From NCBI GenBank assembly GCA_043228905.1, contig JBHGNT010000009.1:5580001-5644000 (forward strand): a stretch of 64,000 nt of DNA, in the 5' to 3' direction. Below are positions 36,601-48,462 of this stretch, in pieces (position 1 is the stretch's first letter; each line of letters starts with the position of its first letter). Below the pieces are notes generated by a model that saw only the letters and a list, made by a program, of their open reading frames with translations, ran no database searches and was not told the DNA's origin. This DNA is from Azolla caroliniana. Lineage: Eukaryota; Plantae; Polypodiophyta. The position numbers and the translations under genes are program-made.

Positions 36601-39600
36601 CATGGCCGTAACCGAAGTAATGAAGAAAGATGAGTGACCGATTGCATCAATCATAAAAGAAGACGAAGAAATCGTGGGAGTAGTCGAAGAAGTGTTCTAT
36701 GGGAGCACACTACAATGGCTTGAAGAGCTTGTGGAAGAGAATAGCCAGGGAGACTGGGTAGTCCGGGTGGAATCGGTCGAGATGTACGAGATCATTGCGA
36801 AAATGGGGCCGGATGCACTCAGCAAAGAAGAAGCAATGGTATGGACAAAATATAAGACCGTAGAAAAGAAGGTGAAATCGTCCGCGGGACTGCTACCCGC
36901 CAATAGCAAACAAAAGAGGAAAGAAGTCTCTAGAGATCCGACACTTCGGAAGTCCGTGGATATCGGACATGCTTTCACAAATGAGACCGGGAAGAAACTT
37001 CGGATCGGTGGAGGTGGGTTCCTCTTACAGAACGAAGAAGAATGATTTCGTGAGATGTTGGAGCAACATGGAAAGCCATTCGCATTCACATCAAGAGAGA
37101 TAGGGTGTGTTGATCCGATGATAGTAGAACCAATGGTGATCTTCTCGATTGATCATGTGTCGTGGAACCTGACGCCGATTCCGGTGCCACGGGCGCATAT
37201 TCCGAAATTCATTGACTTGCTCAAGGAGAAGGTGGCGATGGGGAGTCTAGAGCCATCCAACGATCCGTACTCGAATCGATGGTTTACAGTTCCTAAGAAG
37301 AATGGGTCACTCCGATTCATTCAAGATTTGCAACCGCTGGACAAGGTCACGATCCAGAAATCCGGAGTCGGTCCGATAGTGGAAGAATTAGCGGAAGCGT
37401 TTGCCGGACGCGTGATATACTCCATTGGAGACCTATACTCCAGGTATGACCAATTCCAACTAGTCGTGGAGAGCCGAGATATCACTACAATGCGAACACT
37501 GATAGGATTAGCCTGGATGTGCACGCTACCACAAGGAGCGACAAACTCGATCGCACATATGATGAATGCAATGAACATGGTGCTCTAAGACTGCATTCCG
37601 GTGATAGCAATGTTGTTCGTAGATAACATTCCGATGAAAGGATGTGCGGTGGAAGAAAAAGATGACACTATGGATGATTGAGGATGCCGAAAGTTCATAG
37701 TTGACCATATTCGCGACTACGAGAAAGTGCTACATAAGTTAAAAGATGTGCACCTAACACTCTTCGGAGAGAAATCGGCATTCAAACAAGAAGAGATATT
37801 GGTAGTCGGACATCTATGTGGGCCCTACGGCCGAAGACCGGCACCAGTCAAGATCGATGTGATTCAAGTTATGAAAGAAATATGTGAGTCACAATCCGAA
37901 GTCCGTAGATTTCTTGGTGCATGTGCATTTTATCACATATGGATTCCGCACTATGCACACATTGCGGACCCACTCTATCACTTGCTGTAGAAGGGTAAGA
38001 AGTTCAAATGGAGGCTGGAACATACCAAAGCCATGATGAAGCTCATGAAAACACTATAGAGGGCAGAAGCACTTAAGAAGCCAAACTATGACTGACCGAT
38101 CATAGTGATGGTTAATACAAGTCCAACCGGGATCAGATGGGTCATCAAGCAAGTCGACTCGGATGGTTCGCGATATCCGATCCGATTCGGAGCAAAAGTT
38201 CTCAATGAAAGGCAACGCAGCTATGCACAAGTTAAAAGAGAATTATGGGGAGTTGTGTCGGCGATAAAATCAGATTGAGATTATTTGATCAGAGCTGAAG
38301 TAGTGATCGAAACGTATTGTCTTCTAATACTCGGGATGATGCGGTGTTGTAGGATACCGGATATGGCTATTCTAAGATGGATTGCATATGTAAAGTTGCT
38401 TAATTCAGAGGTACAACACATCTCTGGATAAGATAACGCGGTAGCGGATATGCTGTCAAGGGCACAGTTCGGAGACAACATAGCCGAATCCGCTAATGAA
38501 GAAGTTTCCGAAAACTACTTTACTTTAGACACATATGTCGGGTGAACGTAATCCGAGAATTTCAAGAAGTTGAATACGAGGGAGAAAGCTTGATGATCGG
38601 GAAGGTGCTACAAGAAATCGAGGAATCATTGGACAATATGGAAAAGAGAGCTGAGAACTGAAGTAAGAAGCGCCAAGTCCGGAAGTCTTCTTGAACAATG
38701 GATTAATCTAGAGGGAGCCGAAAAGACTGGATGGCATACCACTGCTGGTAGTCAAAACAAAAGAGCAACGAAATCGAATAATATCTGAATTTCATGAATC
38801 CGATTTGGCTGGACATCGGGGAACATGGACAACATTTGCGAAGATCAAGCAAAAATATTGGTGGAAGAATATGTATAAAGATGTAGCGGAATTCACGGGA
38901 AGTTGCGAGAAATGTCAAATCTACTCTAGAGTTTGACACTGCGATAAATTACATCCGACATTCTCACCGACAATCAACTTTAAATGGATGGTTGACATTG
39001 TGGCCATGGCAATCGGGATCAGACAAAAGAAGTACTTGGTATTAGCTCGGGAAGATCTGATGAACCAAATAGAACGTTGTGCACTATGGAGGAAAACATG
39101 TTTTGCAGTATGCCAATTTCTCTTGGAAGAAGTGTTTCTGCAAGTACGGGTGCGTAGGACAAGTGATTGTGGATCAGGGAGTACTTGACTCTAATAAAGC
39201 TAGGGAATTCTTCGCCAAACATAGACTGCGGTTAACACTAACCACGACATACAATCCGGAAGCCAACGGGAAGATTGAACGAGAACATAGTCCAATCATT
39301 AAAGCACTTGCAAAAGCATGTGACGGAAGGGTGAAGAATTGGCCGCAGATGCTTCCGAATGCACTATCGCACAATGCATAGTTCTATGACCGGTTATATG
39401 CCAGCGGAACTTATGACCTGCCAAGCACCGGTAATGTCGGCAGAAACGGCAATTGCGACAAGGACAATGTTGCGGTGGAAGGAAGAGATGAGCTGGGAAG
39501 AACTACTAGTGGTTCAGATATGACAACTAGAGAGAAGACCGGAAGACATAGCGGAAGCAATATGCCGACAACAGCAAGCACAGTTCCGGAACAAAAGTGG

Positions 39601-41977
39601 ATTCGACACAAAGCACCGTCTATGACCACGGAAGATTGAAGAAGGAGATTGGGTGATAGTCTATGTCAGTAGTTTGGATCATCAACACACAATGATCCGG
39701 AAATTCATTAAAAGGTGGTTTGGACCATACGAAGTTCGAAAAGTTTTCGATAACGGAACCTACCAACTAAGTGAGTTCGATGGAATGTTACTACGGGTGC
39801 CTATAGGGGGGAAATGGGTGAAGATTTTCAAGAAGCGAACTAACGATGAACCCTACGTGACCTTAGATAAGACCCTCAGCGAGGAGCAATTAGACAAAGA
39901 TCACGCTAGTTCAGAAAGTGAGGAAAGTGGGCTAGAATTGATAATCGACATAAGGGGAGAATTTGAGAGTGCTATGGATGAAGGAGAATAACAGGCATCG
40001 GAACTTCGGCACATACCGGAGGATGTGCAGGTTCGGAGGGAGTGAGTGTCGTAGTGTATTTCGCACACCATGTGAAATATGTAAGAAATAACCGATTAAG
40101 TATGCATAAAGAAATAAAAGAAAATATTAACACGTTCACGTTCACAAGTGGAAGGATCACGCACAAGTGGAAGGATAAGGACTATTCCATTTGATTTTGG
40201 GGTTTTCAAAACACCTTGATACTAGTATCACACGTTCTCTAAAAATTGATGAAAAAGTTGAAAAATTCACCATTTGGTAAAATTGAAAAATACCAAATTT
40301 TGGTCAAATACGAAAAGTAACTTTGTGTATTTTTAAAGAAAACTAACAACTAATAAGTTTTTAGATCTTAAAGAAATCAAAAGCAGAGGATTTCAAAACA
40401 ATGAACATTTTCATTTCATTGGATAAAATATTGTCTAAATTTGTTACACATAGTTGCACAATAAATACATTTGGGAGTTATTTGCATATATATCATCATT
40501 CTTTTCATGAGAATCACGACTATAGATAATACACAATTGTGACTCTTCCTGCTCATTTTCAAATGTACCAATCAAATCATTGTCTTCACCAAATGGTGTC
40601 TCCAAATTGTGTGTAGTAAATCTTCTTCACCTTCAATCTGAGATACCTTCTAGACTTGGTAATATCTCTTTTATTATGTATATCGTTGTTGTCCTTAAAC
40701 ATCCAACCTTTGTCAGTGTAAAGTCATACACAATGATATCCACCTAACTAATGTCAATGATAGATGTATTACAAAGGTTTAATGCATCATCACGTCCAAA
40801 ACTTTACTAATGCAAAATTGGTACCCTAGCTCATGGCCATCTACATGTGTAGTTATTAATCCCTACCTTGAGTTCTTGCAAGTTTCCTTGTCACCTGAGT
40901 TATGCTCGTGTTGTCATCCTTTGTTCCACATAAATGTTTCTCTATTGTAGATGAACCAAACTATGAAGATCAACATTAAGTGCTTGAAATGGTCATTGAG
41001 AGCCATGAGAATACTTTATAGACCATGTAAATGACATTTGCAAGGTTCAATTACCATTAACACAATTATTAATGGTTTTTTGTTAATCAATGACGCACAT
41101 ATTCACCATAAGGTATCTTATTATGCAACATACATCTTTGCAGTATTGATATGCATCATTTTCTCTTGTAAAAACATAGATTTCAGTATAATTTGAGTTC
41201 ATGTTTAAAAAACCTCTTTTATTTGAAAAACAAGAAGATTTTTAAACATGAACTCGATATGTTGTATCGAGTTGATGTAAAAAACAGACTTTTAATCATA
41301 ATTTCACACAATGTATTGAATTCATGTTTAAAGTTTTTTTTACTGGATTTAAAAAAAATTAATAATAATAAGTTGAGCTTGAGTTCATATAAAAACTAGA
41401 TTTTTTATCACAATTCAATACAATGTATCAAGTTCATGTTTAAAGTATATTTTTCTATTTTTTTTCTATTTTTTTTATGGAAAAATAATAATTTTAAACA
41501 TGAATTCGATACATTGTATCAACTTGTGATGAAAACTCTGGTTTTTTCATCATTTATTACAGCTCCAATTTTTTTTTCAGAAAAAACAACAAAAAACCAA
41601 AATAAATAGAAAGAAAAGCAATTTTTTTTAAAAACCCAAAAATATAGCTTTGAACAAGTTAGCTTTTCATCACGAACTCGATACATTGTATCGAGTTCAT
41701 GTTGAAAAGCTACCTTTTTTACATGAACTCAATACATTGTGATTTTCTTTAAGTTAACTACATTTCATATAAGAGGTAACATTTAAACATTTACTTAAAA
41801 ACTATTCAATTTTAGAAATTATCATTTCGAAACTTGTTAAATCTCAAAAAATTAGCAAATTTACATGCTATTTAAAACATGTGATATTGGTGTATCAAGT
41901 TTTTGAAAATTGTCTAAAATCGGAAGATTATAAAGGAATCTATAAATGGAATGCACGATCCTTACACTTGTGAACGC

Positions 41978-42782
41978 TGTCGTAGTGTAGGTTGCACACT
42001 ATGTGGAAATTATATTTTTGTCCCTCTGGATAGAAAATGGAGTGCTCGGTGAGAAACGGAAGAAAACGGCATACCGGCAAGGAGGAAAACCGGCATACCG
42101 GCAAGGAGGAAAACGGCATACCGGCAAATGTAAAAAGAAAGAGACATAAATGTAAAAAGAAAGGAAATACTCACTACTGCGCAGGGCGTGATTCGAACTC
42201 TGCACCTCCACGTTGACAAACCCCAACCTTACCATTACATTAACTTATCTTAAGTGTTTTAAATATAGATTTAATACGTATAAGACCTTTATTTATGCAT
42301 ACCTTTATTAAAAGGTAAATCGTGTATTTTTTTAATATATGAAAAAGAAAAACACGAGACACTAAAAATAACTCATGCACATCTAGCGTGCATGAGCCCT
42401 ATACTTAGGAAATAAAAAAGCATCACATGCACATTTAGTGACATGAACACTTTTTGTAAAAAAAAAAGCATGAAGCCATGCTTAGCTCTTCCTCCCTTAT
42501 ATAAGGAGGAGAGAAATATGTAAAGGGTTGTTGATTTTTTTGGATTAAGAATTAATCAATACAAAAATTATTCGTGGGATTCACGATTTATACGTCTACT
42601 TCTCTCTTAACACCCTAAGTACCAATTAATATAGTATACTCGTGTGATTCACGAGTTTCTTATCTTTCTCTTTGCTATTTACTCATAATTAATCTCTATC
42701 TCACGAACTTTTTTCTCCTAGTCCAAGACCTCTGTGGTTCCCACCCGACTCACGCAACGATCCGGAGCCGAAAGGCACGACA
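41978..42782 (+). repeat. 5' LTR of copy C (805 bp)
   Basis: TG...CA; 3 copies of the 23-bp AAAACGGCATACCGGCAAGGAGG unit; TATA-like TATATAA ~42498. Confidence 0.97.
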
Positions 42783-42786
42783 CAGT

Positions 42787-42804
42787 TGGTGAACCCGACG
42801 TGAA
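42787..42804 (+). promoter_or_regulatory. Primer-binding site complementary to the tRNA-Trp 3' end
   Basis: TGGTGAACCCGACGTGAA, 4 nt after the LTR, is the reverse complement of ...UUCACGUCGGGUUCACCA; conserved in copy B. Confidence 0.85.
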
Positions 42805-42820
42805 AACGGGTGGCAAGGAG

Positions 42821-44860
42821 ATGGAGGCTCAACAAGCTAACAATATGATGGCGATGTTCGAACGGATGCTTCAAGAACAACGCACGATGTCGGAGATTTC
42901 GGCATCAGTAGAGCGGCTCGTGCAACGCAACGGGCAATTTAATGGTAAGGATGTGTCGCGATATTTGCAGGACTACAAGGCGGAGATGCTCCGGTGCCGG
43001 GCTTCGGAAGGACTGCAAGTGACATCCTTTAACCGGGTGGCGACCGACGGGCTTCAAGGGAGTATCCACGGGTTGCAACAACAAAATCCGACGTGGGAAG
43101 CATTCGAAGAGGCGTTAAAGACCACGTTTGCCATCGAGGACTCCTCCAAGGCAACGCGGAGGGGATTCGAGGATTGGGTGGAAACGTCAGGTAAGGGGTT
43201 GAAGGTCCTCGAAGTGTTTTCGACATTCGAAAGTCGGTTCGGGAGGTTGTCCGCGAGAGATCAAACTATACTGGCGCCGGACAAAGTCATCATGTTTTTG
43301 CGAGCTGTGGACGTCCGGGACCGGAAAGATCTCGGAGTGCTTCTTGAGGACGCGACCACCGAAAGCGGCCTCACCGAAACATGGGAAAGCGTGCGGGATA
43401 TCATCGCGCGGTACACGAAGAGGGGGCAATGGCTTGCCAACGAAGAAAAGAGGGTTTCGGAACCGATTCCGAAACCGAGAACGGGACTGGAAGACCATCA
43501 ACCGAGGGCTCGGGAGATTACAGCCGAGAAGGGAGTCGACGCGTCTACGGTGGAGCAGCTGCTGAAGGAGATGGAGAATCTAAAGATCGCGATGGTGAAG
43601 AAGTCGGATGACCGCCCCACAAGCTCCAAATATACGGATCGACGGTGCATATGGTGCGACAGCGCCGAACACGATCGGAGGGATTGCGACGACCATAAGG
43701 AGGCGCTACGACGGGATCTCATCTACTACGAGGGAAACCGGATTCATTCGATGGACTCTCGGAAGCCACTCCGACCGAACTTCCGGAAAGGCGGCATGAA
43801 GAAGGTGCTCGAGGAGGAGTTAGCGGCAAGAAGCAACTATGCGACAACCGCGGGAATATGTGTCGGGGAGTCATCGGGAGCGAAGGCGTCTTTCTGGCCG
43901 GAGGTGCTAGGAAACACTGAGAAAACCGACTCCAACGATATCCGAAACACCGCGGAAGGCGTCCGGGAAGCTACGGGATGGGAGTGCCCTGTCGACAAGA
44001 ATAGCATATACGCCCTGTGTCAATTACATGAGGTGTATGTGGACGAGAAACGACGGCGCACGGAGGATGCGGCCGGACCATCGAAGATACCGGAAAGCTG
44101 GAACTCCGGAGGTAAGGGAAAAGAAAAGGCGACTCCGGCATTCAAGCTCGCCTCGGACATAGAACAACAAACCGACTTGAAAAGAGTGTTCGAGGAAAGA
44201 ATCTTGGATAGCCGGGTAGATTTTTCGCTGCGGGAACTACTCGGAATAGCGAAGAAGGAGTTTCACGATCTTCTCGTGGATCTCGTGAAAAGGAAGAGAC
44301 AAAGTACGGAGGAAAATGCTCCAAGGGTGAATGCAAATACTGTTTCAATGAACGACACCGAAGTGGAAGGCGAAATTCCGAACTCCCACTATACAAGGCC
44401 ACACTGGGCACGTGCGACTACGGAGACTCCGGTCCGAATCGGCAACATCAAAGAACCCGTGCTAGCATTGATTGATCACGGATCGGAGATCAACTTGATG
44501 TCCAAGGAGTTCTACCGAAAGGGGAAGTGGCCTATAAACACCAACCATGGATGGAAGATTCGGGCAGCCACGAAAACGACGGAAGACCTATTTGCGGCTT
44601 GTCCGGATGTGACGGTAAAGATCGGGGATGTAGAAATTGACCAAAATTTCTTTGTGCAGGATGAGGTTTCACATTCTGTCATCCTCGGCCAACCCTTTAT
44701 CACGGCTTCACGGATGGAGACGAAGGTGCTCGATAGTGGTGCGGCTTTTGCGCGAATTCGGAGCCAAAACGGAGGGAAATCCGTCCAATTCCTAACGGTG
44801 CCGGCAAATCACGAAAGGAACAAGAGGGAACTCTTGTCCCAAGTGAGAATGGATTTTTAA
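42821..44860 (+). CDS. gag: Gag-protease polyprotein (ORF1) of copy C
   Basis: Intact ORF from ATG 42821; Zn knuckle CIWCDSAEHDRRDC; aspartic protease ALIDHGSEIN...ILGQPF at the C-terminus. Confidence 0.92.
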   Translation: MEAQQANNMMAMFERMLQEQRTMSEISASVERLVQRNGQFNGKDVSRYLQDYKAEMLRCRASEGLQVTSFNRVATDGLQGSIHGLQQQNPTWEAFEEALKTTFAIEDSSKATRRGFEDWVETSGKGLKVLEVFSTFESRFGRLSARDQTILAPDKVIMFLRAVDVRDRKDLGVLLEDATTESGLTETWESVRDIIARYTKRGQWLANEEKRVSEPIPKPRTGLEDHQPRAREITAEKGVDASTVEQLLKEMENLKIAMVKKSDDRPTSSKYTDRRCIWCDSAEHDRRDCDDHKEALRRDLIYYEGNRIHSMDSRKPLRPNFRKGGMKKVLEEELAARSNYATTAGICVGESSGAKASFWPEVLGNTEKTDSNDIRNTAEGVREATGWECPVDKNSIYALCQLHEVYVDEKRRRTEDAAGPSKIPESWNSGGKGKEKATPAFKLASDIEQQTDLKRVFEERILDSRVDFSLRELLGIAKKEFHDLLVDLVKRKRQSTEENAPRVNANTVSMNDTEVEGEIPNSHYTRPHWARATTETPVRIGNIKEPVLALIDHGSEINLMSKEFYRKGKWPINTNHGWKIRAATKTTEDLFAACPDVTVKIGDVEIDQNFFVQDEVSHSVILGQPFITASRMETKVLDSGAAFARIRSQNGGKSVQFLTVPANHERNKRELLSQVRMDF

Positions 44861-44914
44861 AGCGGACTGTTGCGGAGTGGGGAAGTGATAGTCCGAGAAG
44901 CCCTGATACCCCAC
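44851..44914 (+). promoter_or_regulatory. Predicted -1 programmed ribosomal frameshift signal (G GAU UUU + H-type pseudoknot)
   Basis: Slippery heptamer 44851-44857 immediately before the ORF1 TAA; 11-bp stem 44863-44873/44885-44895; loop GTGGGG (44877-44882) pairs with CCCCAC (44909-44914). The -1 frame is open into pol; conserved in copy B (~36476-36540). Confidence 0.82.
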
Positions 44915-47900
44915 ACAGGAAGAAAACTCTCGGAGCAAAACAAGTACGAATCGGCCCGGATGGGGCATCTACGTACACGGCCGTAACCGGAGGAATGAAG
45001 AAACAATACCGACAAGTGGAGGATAAGTTACGGTCGGCATCAATAATAAAAGAAGACGAAGAAATCGTGGGAGTGATCGAGGAAGTGTTCTATGGGAATA
45101 CACTACAACGGCTTGAAGAGCTTGCGAAAGATAAAAGCCAAGGGAACCGGGTAGTCCCGGTGGAATCGGTCGAGATGTACGAGATCGTTGCGAAAATGGG
45201 GCCGGATGCGCTCCGCAAAGAAGAAGCAATGGTAAGTACGAAATACAAGACCGTGGAGAAGAAGGTGAAACCGGCCGCGGGACCACTACCCGCCGATAGC
45301 GAACAAAAGAGGAAAGAAGTCTCGGGAGATCCGACACTTCGGAAGACCGTGGATATCGGACATGCCTTCACAGATGAGACCCGGAAGAAACTTCGGATCG
45401 GTGGAGGTGGGTTCCTCTTACAAGAAGAAGAAAAACGGTTTCGAGAGATGTTGGAGCAACATGGCAAAGCATTCGCGTTCACATCGAGGGAGATCGGGTG
45501 CATTGATCCAAAGATAGTGGAGCCGATGGTGATTTTCACGATTGATCATGTACCGTGGAACCTGAAGCCGATTCCGGTGCCACGGGCGCATATTCCGAAA
45601 GTCATCGACTTGCTCAAGGAGAAGGTAGCGATGGGGATTCTAGAGCCATCAAGTGCTCCGTACTCAAATCGATGGTTTACGGTTCCGAAGAAGAATGGGT
45701 CACTCCGATTCATCCAAGACTTGCAACCGGTGAACAAGGTCACGATCCGGAACTCGGGAGTCGGTCCGATAGTGGACGAATTCGCGGAAGCTTTTGCCGG
45801 ACGTGCGATATACTCCATCGGGGACCTATACTCGGGGTATGACCAATTCCAACTAGCCGTGGAGAGCCGAGACATCACTACCATGCGGACACCGATAGGA
45901 CTAGTTCGAATGTGCACACTACCACAAGGAGCGACAAACTCGGTTGCACATATGATGAACGCGATGAACAAGGTGCTTCGAGATTGCATCCCGGAGATAA
46001 CGATGCCGTTTCTAGATGACATTCCGATGAAAGGATGCGCGGTGGAAGAAAAAGATGAGACTATGGATGATCGGGGATGCCGAAAGTTCGTGGTCGACCA
46101 TATTCATGATTGCGAGAAAGTGTTGCGAAAGCTAGAAGATGTGCACCTAACACTTTCCGGGGAGAAATCGGCATTCGGGCAAGAAGAAATATTGGTGGTC
46201 GGACATCTATGTGGACCCTACGGCCGAAGACCGTCACCAACAAAGATCGATGCGATTCAAGCTATGAAGGAAGTATGTGAGTCAACATCGGAAGTCCGAA
46301 GGTTTCTGGGTGCGTGTGCATTCTATCACATATGGATTCCGCACTATGCACATATAGCGGACCCGCTCTATCACTTGTTGCGGAAAGGTAAGAAATTCGA
46401 GTGGAAACCGGAACACACTAAAGCCATGAGGAAGCTCAAGAAGACACTATGGAGGGCGGAGTCACTTAAGAAGCCAAGCTACGAGCGGCCAATCATAGTA
46501 ACGGTTGATACAAGTCCAACCGGTATCGGGTGGGTCATCAATCAAGCCGACTCGGATGGTTCGCGGTATCCGATCCGATTTGGAGCAAAGGTCCTCAACG
46601 AAAGGCAACGCGGATATGCACAAGTCAAAAGAGAATTGTGGGGAGTCGTGTCGGCGATAAAATCAGATCGGGATTATTTGATCGGAGCTGAAGTGGTGAT
46701 CGAGACGGATTGTCTTCCGATACTCGGGATGATGCGGTGTTGTACGATACCGGATGTGGCTATGCTAAGGTGGATTGCATATGTCAAGTCACTTAATCCG
46801 GAGGTTCGACACATCTCGGGGAAGGACAACGCGGTAGCGGACATGTTATCGAGGGCGCGGTTTGAAGACGACATTACCGAATCAGATAATGAAGAAGTTT
46901 CCGAAGACTACTTCACGTCAGAACACATATGCCGAGTGAACGTGATCCGAGAATTCCGGGAAGAAGAATACGAGGGGGAAACCTTGATGATCGGGAAGAT
47001 GCTACAAGAGGTCGAGGATTCAACCAATGATAAAGAAAGGAGAGCCGAGATCCGAAGGATGAAGAGGCAAGTCCAAAAGTTCTTCTTGGAAAACGGTTTA
47101 ATATGGAGGACGCCGAAAAGACCGGATGGGATACCACTTCGAGTAGTCGGGACGAAAGAGCAACGAAACCGGATAATGTCCGAGTTCCACGAATCCGATT
47201 AGGCTGGACATCGAGGAACATGGGCAACTTTTGTGAAAATCAAGCAAAGATATTGGTGGAAGAACATGTATAAAGATGTCGCGGAGTTCACAGAAAGCTG
47301 CGAGAAATGTCAAGTCTACTCCGGGGTCCGACACCGAGATGAGCTGCATCCGACATTCTCACCGACAATCAACTTCAAGTGGATGGTCGACATTGTAGCT
47401 ATGCCGACCGGGATTGGACAAAAGAAATACTTGGTGTTAGCTCGAGAAGATCTCACAAACCAAGTTGAAGGTCGGGCGCTTCGGAGGAAAACGTGTGCCG
47501 CGGTGTGCCAATTTCTTTTGGAAGAAGTGTTTTGTAGGTACGGCTGCGTAGGACAAGTGATTGCGGACCGGGGAGAACTCGACTCGGACAAAGCTAGGGG
47601 ATTCTTCGCCAAACATGGAGTTCGGTTAACGTTGACAACGGCCTACAATCCGGAGGCCAACGGGAAGATCGAACGAGGACATAGTCCGATCGTGAAAGCA
47701 CTTGCGAAGGCATGCGACGGAAGGGTGAAGGATTGGCCACAAATGCTTCCGTATGCACTATGGGCGGATCGGACGACGCATAGCTCCGTGACCGGTTACA
47801 TGCCGGCAGAACTCATGACCGGACAAGCACCGGTAATGCCAACGGAAACCGCAATCGCGACATGGTCAATACTACCGTGGAAGGAAGAGATGAGCCGGGA

Positions 47901-48462
47901 AGAACTACTAGCGGTCCGGATACGACAACTGGAGGGAAGACCGAAAGATGTAGCGGAAGCGTCACGCCGACAACAAGAAGCACGGTTCCGGAACAAAAGC
48001 CGGTTCGACACAAAGCACCGACTACGACCGAGGAGGATTGAAGAAGGAGATTGGGTGATCGTCTATGATAGTAGCTTGGACCATCAACATACAACGATGC
48101 GGAAATTCGCGAAAAGGTGGTTCGGGCCGTACGAGGTTCGGAAGGTCTTCGACAACGGGACGTACCAACTGTCCGAGTTGGATGGAACAATACTACGAGT
48201 GCCTATAGCCGGGAAGCGGGTGAAGATTTTCAAGAAGCGGACCGACGACAAACCTTATGTGATCCAAGTCGAGGCCGACAACGAGGAGCAATCGGACGAA
48301 GACCACAATGATGCGGGAAGCGAAGAAAGTGGATTACAACTCATAGTCGACATAAGGGGAGAATCGGAGGAAGCTTCGGATGAAGACGGATACGAAGAAT
48401 CAAGAACTTCGGCACATACCGGAGGATGTGCGGGTTTGGAGGGGGCGAGTGTCGTAGTGTAG
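44857..48462 (+). CDS. pol: Pol (RT-RNase H-integrase, ORF2) of copy C with one premature TAG at 47200-47202
   Basis: ORFs 44995-47202 and 47233-48462 are in the same frame. PFLDDI (RT), VDTS..E..D (RH), H..H..CEKC and D,D,E (IN). Copy A has TGG at the stop position. The ORF ends inside the 3' LTR. Confidence 0.92.

Noticed and set aside
40690-40745. Possible degenerate SWIM zinc finger on the minus strand of the TIR element
   Set aside because: It needs three substitutions to restore the motif, and the second copy does not support it.
42178-42244. Functional tRNA gene
   Set aside because: No proper acceptor or anticodon stems can be formed; kept only as a tRNA-like LTR module.
42734-42820. 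GTG start of the 708-aa ORF inside the LTR
   Set aside because: An artefact of prokaryotic start-codon calling; the first ATG is at 42821.
47200-47202. Programmed stop-codon readthrough in pol
   Set aside because: Copies A and B have sense codons (TGG/TTG) here, so it is a simple nonsense mutation.
146-47612. Recurring antisense ORFs over Gypsy pol (e.g. 146-595, 36697-37089, 45090-45539)
   Set aside because: They are shadows of the conserved sense frame, with no independent motifs.
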